NCBI GenBank assembly: GCA_002189035.1
Contig: NEEC01000010.1
Location: forward strand, 310,001 to 374,000
Length of the DNA: 64,000 nt
From: Utricularia gibba
Taxonomy: Eukaryota; Plantae; Magnoliophyta
Direction of reading: 5' to 3'
Positions 11,380 to 23,399 of this stretch are shown in pieces. The position numbers were made by a program, and so were the translations under genes. Each line of letters starts with the position of its first letter. Position 1 is the stretch's first letter. The notes beneath the pieces were generated by a model. That model was not told the DNA's origin. It made no database searches and worked only from the letters and a program-made list of their open reading frames with translations.

Positions 11380-14009
11380 TCATGGGGCATTCCCAAGTGT
11401 GAAGCAGTAGCCATAAGAGTGTCCAATTTCGTGGAAAGTGCAGAAACCTATTCCTGAAGACTCTGAATAGCGAGCAGTAGGGTTTGCTTGGTGGGTCTGG
11501 AAGGTGCAGTGCTTAGAGGAATGTCTGTTGGCACACCGTATGGGTTCACAATGTAGGGGGCATGGAAGTGATGGTACTCTTGGTACCTGCTTGAACAAAG
11601 ATGGCCTGAGGGGTCTGTTTGTCCAGGTTCACTTTGAAGTGTTGGGCGAGCTTGGTGATGAGAGAAGCAAATGGGAGCACCCTTTAATTCTTGGCGGTGA
11701 TGGAGTGCATTCGAGTGGCAATCCACCATCGCAAATTTATGGGAGCTTGTTCATCATCACCCACAAAAAGAACACGATCACTTTGGCAATGATGCTGGTG
11801 CCTTGTTGAGTGGCACTGTAACAGCCTCCCAAATACCTGTTCAACACTAAAAGAGCAGGGGCCCTCAAGTAATAGGCCTTGAGTTTGCATACAGAATACG
11901 GGGGCTCATAGACAGACATAGAAGCATAAGCATTCAGCACATTGAAATGTTCAGGATAGTCACAAAATGGTTGGAGGTAACAGCATCAAAAGTGCGAGAG
12001 AGTTACCCTTGATAATGAAGACTCATATCAAATGTATTGTAAGCGCATCAAATAAATATAGCCCAGCCACCTGCACGTAGTGCTTGTACGCGTCGTATAA
12101 TTAGGGAAAGGAGACAGCGATTTAGCCAAGTAAACCCTAACAATGGGGAAACCTCCTGGTGTTGAGAGCAACTCCCAACAGTGAGAATTTCACTATGTTC
12201 GGGTAATCAATACAATAGGAAAGGCAACACACACAGAAACTACTACACCCTTCCTTGCAGCCTTGATGAAGATGCTCTATTTGACACACAACAGCACCCA
12301 ACCCTCAGCACCCCGTAACAGACAGAATTCTCCCACACCACCTCCTATGATCATGCCTGCTGCAACTACTGCTGATCATGGGATAACCGTCAGGCCCCTC
12401 ATCTCTCTTAGGCTCAACATGTGTACCTTCCAGCATGTACATGGAACCACGTGGGTTTCCACACTCAACACTGCAAGCATAGCACAGCTTCTTTCAACAG
12501 CATCAAGTGCCTCGAAGAAGCCAGACTTTTTGTCATTAAATCAGTAACATTCTGCTCCGTACTTACCTTCAGCAACTCAACCCGATTCTCACTTAGCAAT
12601 TCATGGATTATCATGCTTACTGAGGGCTATTGCACTCTGATTATCATACAATATCTACACCTTCTGATTTGGATTTTTCTAACCAAACTCTTTCAGAAAC
12701 CAATCCAGCCACACAGTCTCTTTTCCAGCTTCTGCAAGTGCCATGTACTCTGCTTCTGTGGAGGATAATGTTACACTTTTCTGCAGAGATGACATCCAAA
12801 TAACACCAGCACCGCCTAGCATAGTAATCAAGCCTGTAGTTAACTTGCAGGTGTCCACATCCCTTGCTAAATCTGAGTCCACATACACCTGGGGAATACC
12901 ATCTTTTGACCCATATTGCATCACTAATTCAGCAGTTCCTTTGAGATAGCGCAAAAGCCACTTAGCTGCCTCCCATAAATCTGCTGATGCGACTAACAGT
13001 GTAGGCAATATCTGGTCTCAAATCAGATTCAGAAACAAAGCCTCAAGCCACATTAAAATCATTTATGGACATACGAAAGTTTTTGCCTCCAAGGCGGAAA
13101 GAAATCAAGTCCTCAGCAAGGAGATTACCAGCCATATCCTCAAACACAAAAGTTGTATAAAATTCAAAAACAAGTTTGGGATAAACCGGCAAGCTAATTT
13201 CAGAAAATCTACACAACTTAGGGGAAGCATCAAATAACGATTAATATAAGCAATTAAGTTCAGATGCACAAAAGTAGGCATATGCAATTCAAAATCAAAC
13301 AAAATTCTGCGCGAGATTAAAAGATTAAATAAAAGTTGGGCATTCTTATCTGAAAATCTCACGGTATTTTTCAATTGAGTCTAGGCACGGGACTCCAAGG
13401 CTCGGTCTTACCAGAATTTTGTGCGACCACGCCGCCGTTTACCTGGCTGTGTGGGCTGAGGTTCCTTATCTACATCTTGTTCTCCGGAAAGGAACTTTAG
13501 GCATGACCCTTTATTAGCGGCACGCTCCATTTCAGAAATCCAGAGATCCACCTCCTCATCGATGGTGATCTCTTCAGTGGTGTCTTCGTCCTGTACTGGA
13601 GAGGGCGATGAGTGAATAATAGAAATTCCTTAAGCCTGTCCTGCTTCTCCAGAAATTTCTTCCGGTTGTGAGGGCTGCAGGCTTGTGGGAGCAGAAATTG
13701 CTGCTGGGGAGTTTGACATTGAAGATTCAAGTGCGTCAGCAGTAACAGCAATAGTAGAGGGACTGGGTACCACTCCAGGTACAGCACCGGAGACACAAGG
13801 GTCAGAGGCATGGTCTCAATCGGAACAGACTCCATCGTAGCGCCTGGAGATGGCTCATGCTCAGGGGAAACAAAAGTTTCTGCTAGGTTGTTGGTGTGGC
13901 GACGCTGGGTCCTTCGGGATGGTCTAGCAGTAGCAGGTTGGCGCTTCCAAGTTGCTGCCTTTGTAGCACTTGCGCTTCAGGTAACTGGAGATGTGGGCCG
14001 TCCAGACAT
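11380..14009 (-). pseudogene. Athila env-like / additional 3' ORF of element B, frameshifted and interrupted by a Copia fragment
   Basis: Same strand as gag-pol and downstream of integrase. Ser/Pro-rich N-terminus from ATG 14009. C-terminal pieces VFFLWVMMNKLPINLRWWIATRMH and GVLPFASLITKLAQHFKV resemble the plant-transposon domain seen in Athila extra ORFs. Followed by the PPT-like AAGTGTGGGGGAGG. Confidence 0.6.
12010..13380 (-). mobile_element. Internally deleted Ty1/copia fragment (RT end + RNase H + probable 3' LTR) inside the env-like ORF of B
   Basis: ORF 12679-13008: EAAKWLLRYLKGT, YVDSDLA and SVTLSSTEAEYMALAEAGKE, with RPDIAYTVS upstream in another frame. PPT-like GGTGTGGGAGAA near 12330 and an LTR-like segment ending TTATCA at 12010. 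No matching 5' LTR or TSD found; boundaries approximate. Confidence 0.78.
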
Positions 14010-14299
14010 GGTGAGCAGAAAATTCGGAGAATCGGAGATGATAGGGAGAGGAATTGAAATGTAGGTCACAACAGTGAAGTGGGGTAACGGTCAGTAAAAT
14101 GGGAATTCCATAGGATAAAAGGGAGATTGAGTGTAGAAACGATTGAGGGAGTAAGTGGGTGAATGGGGCAGGTGAAAATAAAGTAACTTGGAGTAGTGGG
14201 TGATAAAAACGAGGAAAGAGTAACGGTTACGAAATTAAAGTCATGGATTACCTCCCATGCAGTGCCAATTTATAGTCTTTGACTGATTGTGACACCTAT

Positions 14300-14749
14300 T
14301 AATGGCTTAAATGTCTCATAAAAAGGCTTTAGTCAGTGTCCATTGACCTTAATGCTTTTCCATGTCTCAAATGAACGAATAACAACACTAGAGGGAAAAA
14401 CATTCACAACTTCATAAGGTCCAAGCCACTTAGAACGCAATTTTCTGGGAAAGAGTTTCAAGGTGGTATCAAATAAGAGAATTTTTTGACCTACTAAAAA
14501 TTGCTTCCCATGCAACGTACTGTCATGGAAGCGTTTTACCTTTTCCTTGTGCAAGAGCTGGTTAGTGTAGGCATTGAGGCGAATTTCCTCAAGCTCATTC
14601 AGGTCTAAACGTCTGTTCTCTCCAGCTTGATCACTAGTCAGGTTGCATGCCCTGTGATGTAATTCAAAAGGAAGATGACATGCCTTATCATAAATCATTC
14701 GGTATGGAGACATTCCTATAGGATTCTTGTAAGCTGTACGGTATGCCAT
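14300..14749 (-). pseudogene. Integrase C-terminal fragment of element B
   Basis: [34 protein letters not shown] and KVNGH motifs. Confidence 0.9.
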
Positions 14750-15242
14750 GGTTAGGCTCCCATTAGAAATGAGCGAAAATGTGAGCTTAAGATCAAGATA
14801 ACTTTGTTGACCTCAAGTCTAAACTTACTTGTGTGGTTGTCATATTCGAGATCTCGCTATTGACACTTGGTTAGCTTCCCATGGTAGCATCTCGAAGATG
14901 AGTCATCTAGTGAATCGATTCTCTAATCGACACCCACACATAGGTTCTAGTAATCTTTATATATCAACTGTTAGGACCATTGCCTAAACAGTTTAGGGAA
15001 CTCAATATGTGCCAGCTTATCCATATTTGTGATATCCTCATTTCACAAATACTCTAGCCAGAGAGTTTTTAACTTGAACATAAATGCTTGAAGAATCTCA
15101 CATTATGATCTCATCATAATTTCTATAGCACATAGATCAAGTAGAGGATTTTATCAATGATATAAATTTGATCACAATTCAAAATAAATATCAAAAGATA
15201 AGATTTGCCAATGACTTGATTGTCTTTAGAATACATACAATA

Positions 15243-15930
15243 ACAGCAAAACTACCAAAAAGGCAAATGAAAACAACCTTGAATTGGTCCTCAAGGGCTA
15301 CGGTATTTGATTGAAACAAGAGTATCCATCCAAGTAGCGGTAGTGGCTCCTTCCAGCAACTATTTCCAACATTTGGTCGATGAATGGAAGTGGGTAGTGG
15401 TCCTTCTTGGTGGCTGCATTTAGTTTTCTATAATCTATGCACATTCGCCTTCTATTCTGCACTCTGGTAGGTAGGAGTTCCCCTTGATCATTGGTCATGA
15501 CTGTGATACCTATTTTCTTCGGGACAACCTGCACAGGGCTAACACACTCACTATCAGAAGTAAGATAGATCATACCTACGGCCAACAACTTCAGAATCTC
15601 CATTTTGACCACTTCAATCATAGGAGGGTTCAATCTCATCTGAGGTTGGCAAATTGGCTTTGTTCTCTCTTCCAAATAGATGAGATGAGTACATATGGAG
15701 GGGCTTATTCCTTTGATATCTGCCAATGTCCACCCAATTGCCTGTTTGTGCTCCTTGAGCACACTTCGGAGTTTTTCCTCTTGTTCTAGGGTTAGTGTAC
15801 TAGAGATAATAATAGGTAAAGTCTCATTTTTTCCCAAAAATAAATATTTCAAATGCTTAGGCAGAGTTTTTAACTCTAGTAAGGGGGCATGAATAACAGA
15901 AGGAATCAGCAGTTTTTCAAGCATTTTCAA
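15243..15930 (-). pseudogene. Pre-RT linker and N-terminal reverse transcriptase fragment of element B
   Basis: ELKTLPKHLKY, VSPVQVVPKK, RMCIDYRKLN and DHYPLPFIDQML. After a frameshift IALEDQFKVVFICLFGSFA, then homology stops before YxDD. Confidence 0.92.
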
Positions 15931-15972
15931 ACTTTGAAAAGCAACGTCAGAAAATTCAGGTTTTTCAGAAAA

Positions 15973-17790
15973 CTAATCAAGATAACTTAAAAGTTCTGAA
16001 TTAGAAAAAGAAATACAATCAGAATGAAAGTTTTCAGTGAGGTATTTGAGCAAGGGATCTTGCTCATGGACCATCGCTAAGTGTTCTACATCTATCATGT
16101 CCAGCAAGGGAATATTCACGTTAGCCTTCTTCATCACCTCCAGACAGGCTTTCAATCCACGTTTGTCCTTGCTCTTCCTTTGAAGTCTCATAGGAAAAGG
16201 AGGTGGGATGACTAGAGACTTGGGGCTCCTTCTCCTTCACTTCTTCAGGTGGCATCGGTACAATAGTGTTATGGACTGGAGGATCATTAGGATTCTCTAA
16301 AATAATCGCTTCATCCACGTCATCATCGTCATTCAAGACTTCTAATTCTTTTTCTTCAGATCTGTCCACCTTTGTCATGAACCATGGGTAAGGTTTCGGT
16401 AGATCCTTCCCACTTCTTAAAGATATGGTTTGATGTGCTCTGGATTCTTCACTGGATGGGATGGCAGTGCTCCTTGCGTCTCCAGTCGGTTAATGGCTTG
16501 CACTAGCTGGGTAATTTGAGTTTGCATGCTTGTAATTCGTCCATCCATGTCTTTTTGCGCAGCATGCATTTTGGTGATGCTCTTGGCAAGGGACTTCACC
16601 ATAGGCTTCAGATTATGATTTGGCTGATAGGGAACAAGAGGTTGATCTGGAACTCCAATGATTTGCAAAGGTTGAGGTGGAGCAGTGAGAGTTTTCTGAG
16701 GAATAGTAGAAGGGTTCCCTAGTGATGAGGCTTGACCAAGAGGTACTGGTTGTCTCCAGCGGAAATCAGGGTGGTCTCTTCTTGGCATTTGGTAGTTTCC
16801 GTGGTTGTAACTTCCTCCTTGGTTCTGGTAGAATGCGTTCACCTCCTCTACTAGCATCTCATGTATCATAGGTCCTAGATCAGAAAGATGAGAGTTTGAA
16901 GATCCTTGATACCTTCCTTGTTGTTGGGGGAAGTGATTGGAAGCCGAGTTTCAAGGTATCACTCATAGCGGCAAGTTGAGCTAAAACAACAGAATTGCCC
17001 ACTTCATGCACTGATTTTACAGGCTGAGAAATTCCTCCAGGTGCTCGGTATGAGTGATCATAACAGCTGGAAGTAGAATAAGAGTTAGCAGTCATTTGTT
17101 CTATCAATCTTCGAGCATCAGCGCTGTGGCTGTTCTTTAGTAATGACCCATTACAAGCGGCATCCATTTGTCCTCTGATCAAAAGGGTCAGTCCTTCATA
17201 AAAATATTGCAAAATTTGGCCTTCAGTAAGTCTATGTTGTGGATAAGTATTATAGATCCGGTTGAATTTGTCATAATACTCCTATAAATTCTCGCCTTCA
17301 CTTTGTAGCATGATAGCTAAAGATCTTCTTCCGGCAGAGGCTCTTCCTAGGGGCACATATCGATCAAGAAACTTCTGAATCATTTGCTCCAAGGTTGCAA
17401 TAGAGGATGTTGGTAGTCCATACAACCACTCCAAGGCTCGCTCAGTGAGACTGAAAGGGAAGACCCGCAGCTTGACTTGGTTCTCCGTAGCACCTTTTGG
17501 GTACATGGATGCACAAGCCGTGTGCAACTCTCTAAGGTGACGATTTTGGTCATCATTCTCTCTCCCGGCGAACTTAGGAAGTGTCTAGAACAGATATGAG
17601 GGAAGCTCAAAGTCCTTGCATCAAAGATGATACAAAGTGGTCGGTCAACATGGTTGGCGGTAATTTCTTCTTTTATGGTCCTTAGTGCTGGGCCATGATT
17701 AGTGATCGGCAAAACTGGAAAAAATTGTGGATGTTGTTGCTCCTGTTCTTTGTGCATTTTGGGAACTCTAGTAGGTGGTTGAGCAGCCAT
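15973..17790 (-). pseudogene. Frameshifted gag of element B; protease domain absent
   Basis: KLRVFPFSL, FLDRYVP, QYFYEGLT...DAACNGSL and DHPDFRW motifs. NIPLLDMI runs directly into post-protease linker sequence with no D(L/S)G motif. Confidence 0.85.
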
Positions 17791-18016
17791 TTTTTCATCA
17801 GTAGATGAACTGGAAGTTAATTCTCGCTTTTTTTTCCAGAAATGTGCGCTCAATCTCGCTAGGATCTCAACCTTCGGTGACCCTTCGGTGGAGCTGAATG
17901 CATAAAAAAAGAGAAAAACAGCAGCAAAACAGAAATAAAAGAAAAACAAGAAGAAAGAAAGGAAAAGAAAACAAAAAGAAAAGCTATACACAACATTAAA
18001 CACAAAAATACACAAC

Positions 18017-18034
18017 TCCCCGGCAACGGCGCCG
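18017..18034 (-). promoter_or_regulatory. Primer-binding site (tRNA-Asp type) of element B
   Basis: CGGCGCCGTTGCCGGGGA on the minus strand (17/18 to the canonical Athila PBS), just inside the 5' LTR. Confidence 0.88.
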
Positions 18035-21000
18035 AAAATTTGTTCCGTGTCGTTTCCTAAACAAATTTTAAATATATAAAACGTAAAACACAAAAGAGCG
18101 TAGTACGAGTATCGATCTCAGGGAGTTGTTTTTCGTGAAAAGTGTTTTGTAAGAAATTTCTACAAAATGTCACGGTTTTGTAAAAGGAGGTTTTTGAAAT
18201 GTAGATATGAAAGATACAACGTAATTGATGGGCCTTGACTAAGAGATTCAGTTCCTAGAAATGAGATTCCATCTCCATCCTTTGTCCATCCTTTGTCCTT
18301 CCTTTGAAGAACCGAGTGTATTGCTCCAGACTTGGAAGGAAACTTCATCTTCTCCCAAAAATTAAAGGGTTTTAGCCACAAAGGGCCATGATTACAGAAA
18401 CGAAATTGGAACTAAATTTTCTGCCTCATTGAGGGGAGGAAGAACTCAAAAGTTCTAAGTCTAAAAAGGAAATGGCAAAAGTCCGAAACTAAGTCTTCCA
18501 AATTGCTTTTATATCACTTCCCACGTGCATTAACTCTTTTGGGTCCCCTTCCCATCATTCCTTTTATCTTGTATGCACCACCAGCTTTCCTTTGCGTGCA
18601 AGTTAGCGCCCAATCATTGCTACAGACTCTAACATGCCGTAAGTTAGGGGTCTTGACTAGTGTCAGTCTTCCTCCCACAATTTTTCCAAGTCACATACAA
18701 GGCACAAAAAGTCAAAGTCTGACTCCTGCAACACTCCACAACAGTCTCCTGATATGTCTCAGTCAAAGAGCACGAAAAAAGACAGAAAATATATACAAAA
18801 TAGGAAATAGGATTTTTCTAAGGAAAATCAATTACTTATCAATATAATTCCTAATTGGGCGACTTAATACATAATTAATACATAATAATACCTAATAAAT
18901 AACTAGAAAATGACACTTAACATTTATCATACTTGAGTAGCTATGTTTAGGGATGACTTGAGGTGTAGAATTGTGATGTGGGGTTAGGGCTCATGAGATA
19001 ATTGATCATTGTGTTTTTAGCTTTCATTTCTATCATTCCTTGGGTAAACCAAAGAGGGGATGAGAATGAACAGCTTCACAACTCAAATGCTTGATTTAAA
19101 GGTAGACTAACAAATCAAGGTCGAAATAGTACGTGTTAGTCCTAAGTAGAACCAGTAGAGCCGATTAGATCTAGTTCTATATATTTTGCGCATAGGTAAA
19201 CCTAAGTGTGGGGTGAATAATAACATTACGAGCTATCTGAACAAAAAACATGAGAAATGACTTGGATAAATTTAGGTTGTTTAGTGTTATGAGTATAGAA
19301 ATATTGTAAATTAAATTAGAGATTTGAGTACCACATCACTTAGACCACTTTGAGGCATCATAGTGTTATATTGTGCACAAAACCAGTAGTTGTTACTTTC
19401 TAAGTTGAGATTTGATTTTACCTATTGAATTTTTCTACCGCTATTAGTCTGACCTTGGATTAAGAGTCACGTTTATTCGATAATCTTTCATCTAATAAAA
19501 ACACTTAGCAAACATTTGCTCCTTGATCGACCCCAAAATTCCACTAGAAAAATTTATTTGATACAAAAATTCTATTTTTGAAATGACTTAGTAATTTTTG
19601 TTTATCAAATTGGCAGCATTGCCAGGGAGCGATGTTCAATTGTTTTGTATTTTTAGTTAATGCATTTGTATTCCTTTGGTGTAATGGATTTCAATTTCAA
19701 TCTTGAGGTCGAGAGAGCTGCTAGAAGGAACTGAAAAAAATGAAGGGAAGTGGCCAAGTTTTGGAAGCTCCTTGCCGTAAACCAACCAAATCTGAAAACG
19801 GCTGAACAGGAGAAGGCACTGAATGAATTGGATGTTATTGATCACACATACAAGGGATTATGTATCAGTTTTCTAGATGATGCATTTAGTGAATTTAAAC
19901 CAAGCATGATCAATTTTTTCCCAAAGTTCTATGGGAAGATTAGAAAAAATCCACACAAGCACTTGGATAAGATTATAGTAGTTTGCACATCATTTAAAAT
20001 TGCTGGAGTGATGGAAGAAGCAATTTGTTTGAGGGCATTTCAATTTTTTACTTTGGATGGAGGAGCAAGGATGTGGCTTGATTCCTTGAAGCCAAGGAGC
20101 ATCATTGATTGGGCTGACTGAATAAAGCATTTCAGAGTAAATATTTTCCTACTTCTAAAGCTGAAGGAATTAGAAAAAAAAATCAGTGACATTGAGCAAA
20201 TGACTAGGGAGTCACTTTATGAGTATTGGGAGAGGTTTAATCAATTATTTGGATCTTGTCCTCACCATGGTTTTCAATCTGCTTCGTTGGTGAAATATTT
20301 CAATGATGTATTGTTGTACATTGATAGATCCATGGTTGATTCGGTGGCAGGAGGATTTTTGAGAAAAAAAACACCAACCAAAGCACTTTCCTTAATTGAG
20401 GAGTTGGCTGAGCATTCAAGGCATAGTATCACGAAGCATACCTCAAACATAGAAAGTATATGAAGTGGAGAGTAAGCCCAAGGTTTCAGAGTCATGAAAA
20501 ATGTTGCTGCTATGTCTGAAATGATAAAGGAGTTGTTCCTATTCCAACCTAAGAACATGTTGTGTGGAAACTATCGCAAACTTGGACATCTTGCTGATTA
20601 ATGTCTAGAGTTATTTTAAGAGGAACATGTTAGGGCTGTGGAGGATTTAGAACTTCAACTTAAGGGAAAATATGACTATATTCAAACACTTATAACCCAG
20701 GTCAGAGGGATCAACCCAAACTCTCATTGGAACAGCAATGATGCTATGTACAAGGGAGAAATTTCAAGTATGGGGCAAAACATTTTTCAGCAGAATTTTC
20801 ATGAGCAACAAAGAAAAACGCCCAAGTTCCACCATTTCAGAAACAAGTCCAACAATCTCAATCTTCAAGCCAATGAAATGTTGGAGGAAATTTTGGGAGT
20901 TATTTGGAAGAAATGATGAAAATGTTCATGGTGCAATCAATAAGAATTGAAGAGGAAAATAAAAAGCTATCAAGAATTTGAAGACTCAATTAAATCAATT

Positions 21001-21056
21001 GATACTAGAGCTTGAAGAATTGAAAAAGAAAAGGGAACCAATAGCATTATCGAATA

Positions 21057-21990
21057 TTGGAAACTTCCTTGAGGTGCTCGGTTTGGGGGCTTCTCACTTC
21101 ACATCTAACGCATAAACAATGTCCACCCTGCTCATCTGGGACTTACACAAGCATTGGTTGGTTGTTACGCTTCTCACGCTACATGTTGTCAACATCATTC
21201 TTTGTTGCTTTATCCACATTCACATCCTCAGACATACGTTGTAGATGAAGCTAAGTGGTTCCACATCATAAATGCTGTGTTCATAGTACATTTATGAAAA
21301 GTGATAATACGTCCTCTAGCGATTTCGTTCAAGAGGGGAACAAAGCCAAAAACTTCTTGGTAGCATACTTTGGCATAACCTCAAAACCTTTACTATGATA
21401 CATGGATATAAAACCACCGACAATGATAGATAGCAAACCCAAAAAAACTTGCACATGAGTCTTACCGGAAGGCTCTCTGATTTTTTCAAAGACTTGGAGA
21501 AGTGTGAAACATGTTGGATTGGTCGGTGGGAACACCCACATAAAACTAGTCCACCAATCATCATATGCACTTCTAAGGTCTATATCTAGTACAACACCTT
21601 GTTTACCATGTAAGAAATAGTGAGCACTTCCCTTGCATTGCACACACACAAACACCACAAAAAGGACACTTAATTCTAGTTGTATGACCTCTTCTTGGAA
21701 GATTTGAATAAATGTCAAAATGTGGGTGAAGGACTATGGAGTTATGTGGGGAAGTGAGATCTGTAATGCCAGAAGGATTCGCGTTAGGAATGGGAGTGGA
21801 CATAGTCCCTAGCCACATAGTGTTTTGAGTAAGAGATTTCACTGCATAATTTATCCCACATAGTGTTTGCCTCCGGAATTGTGAAGCACACATATATATT
21901 GATGTAGGGTAGACTATTGGGTGTATGTTTCCAGGTGATGGACAAGGATCATAGACGATGTTCAGGAATCGGGTGTTCACTTATGTGGTG
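21057..21990 (-). pseudogene. Degenerate ORF resembling the putative gypsy-type transposase domain (Transposase_28 / PF04195-like) of Tat/Retand additional ORFs
   Basis: Manual translation GLCPLPFLTRILLALQISLPHITP*SFTHILTFIQIF...LRSAYDDWWTSFMWV fits the remembered pattern GLxxPL.PF...L....I...QLTPNS...I..F...LPSS.K.W...FF.V. Recognised from memory only. Confidence 0.5.
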
Positions 21991-22535
21991 TTACCGAAGC
22001 ATTTACGGCACACTAGGTAGGTATAAAAATGCCATAATGAACTCTTTTTACCAAGGATAAAATCTTATGTATCATAATTGCATACAGGAAGAGAGTTAAT
22101 GATTAAAATGCACATTTAACGCTGGAAACTATCCAACAAAAGTTGAATGTGCAACTAATAAAAAACAGAACACTAGAAAAAGAATTCCATGATGTTGCAT
22201 TATATGCAGATCCTTGCGGTTTAACTAAATTACATGATCACATGGAATCTAGTTCTATATATTGTGTTCCACCTACAAGACACTTGAGCACTACATGGAA
22301 CACTAGGTTCAATGAAACACTAGAAACAATGGAAAGTAGTGTTCCAGTGAGCGTACCATGTGGCTAAGTTCGACCTAGCACTGAATATGTTTGAAACACG
22401 ATGCTACGCTTTTGTCTATTGCCAATTGTGAGTTCAACCATGCACCAGGTCACCCTGCATCATATACTTACACAGTAAAAACAAGCAATACTCATTTCAA
22501 ATATATTTGACACTACATTAATGTAGTCTTAAATC

Positions 22536-22835
22536 CTATCCGAAACCCTAAAATTTTGTTAAAACCCTTAAAACCAAACCAAACAGAATAAAAAAATATT
22601 TTTTTGTATCTTAATATACAAGTTTGAGTATGATGATAAGACAAATTCTTAATCATCTTTGGTTGCCAATGAGACAAATTCTTAACCATTTTTTATCCAT
22701 TTTCATTAATATTTTTAATAATTTCAATCATCATTATCATACTCAAAACTCGTATAATAAGATACAAAAATTTATTTTTTTTTTTTATTTGATTTAGGTT
22801 TAAAGGTTTGAACAAGAGTTTAGAATTTTGGATAG
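22536..22835. repeat. Long imperfect inverted repeat (arms about 100 bp, spacer about 92 bp)
   Basis: 22536-22637 (CTATCCGAAACCC...TTTTGTATCTTAATATACAAGTTTGAGTATGATGAT) is the reverse complement of 22730-22835. The spacer holds GACAAATTCTTAA twice. Confidence 0.88.
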
Positions 22836-23029
22836 AGTTTCGGGGTTTCGTACAATAAAAATATTATTATTATTATTATTATTATTAAAAAGAAGCAGAA
22901 TTTAGAAAAAATGCACACTTTGAAACATTTGACATAAGTTAGGGTATTTTTGAATCATTAAAAACATTTGGGACAAAAATATATTTTTAAAAAATATGTG
23001 ATATATAAAAACATTTCAGAAACCATTTG

Positions 23030-23138
23030 GGGCATTGTTGCATGTGTGAACTTTAGGGGCGAAGTTATGCCACAATAAACTTTTGGGGCATTTTTACTCA
23101 TGTGTGTAAACAATTGAGGGCATTTTTGCATATTTCCC
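23030..23138 (-). mobile_element. Single Mutator-like (MULE) terminal inverted repeat
   Basis: Minus strand reads GGGAAATATGCAAAAATGCCCCTCAA with a repeated AAAAATGCCCC submotif, typical of MULE TIR starts. Partner TIR not found in the window. Confidence 0.6.
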
Positions 23139-23399
23139 TATGTGTTTATAGTAAGATGGGGTGGTTCATTTCTCTTTTAGTCCATTGTATCTAGGAGGTT
23201 AATATGCATGATATCAATTTTTCTTTTTGACCACAAAGCTTCATTAGTGCTTTGTGGTCTCGTGTGCATGGAGGGTTGTGTGTTGAGAGAGTCACTGCCC
23301 TCATACATATGAAAAGATGTTAGTCTCTTGTACTCTAACTTCTCTTAATAAAGACTTTCAGTCTATTGAGCTAAGTTGTAAAGCTTTCAATGTGATGCT

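Larger units (their letters stand above)
1967..18922 (-). mobile_element. Element B: Athila-like Ty3/gypsy retrotransposon with env-like ORF, internally deleted, carrying nested insertions
   Basis: 5' LTR 18041-18922 matches the 3' LTR pieces 1967-2580, 3762-4017 and 10671-11095. TG..CA ends; TSD TTTAT at 1962-1966 and 18923-18927; PBS at 18017-18034; PPT-like TGTGGGGAATA at 11096-11106; gag, RT and INT fragments. Confidence 0.93.
1296..21046 (+). mobile_element. Element D: Athila-type LTR retrotransposon. 5' LTR (1296-1966 + 18928-19607) is split by element B; degenerate PBS and gag follow; truncated at about 21046, no 3' LTR found
   Basis: Starts TGATAACACATATTTT at 1296. The LTR resumes after B's TSD and ends TTTATCA at 19607, followed by degenerate PBS TGGCAGCATTGCCAGGGA (19611). 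The gag pieces (19750-21046) are colinear with gag of element C. Confidence 0.8.

Noticed and set aside
17380-18093. 237-aa ORF with a long hydrophobic stretch
   Set aside because: It spans the LTR end, PBS and T-rich leader of element B and overlaps gag out of frame; the hydrophobicity is compositional.
22862-22887. (TAT)n microsatellite, and (TA)n near 52779-52792
   Set aside because: Ordinary simple repeats.
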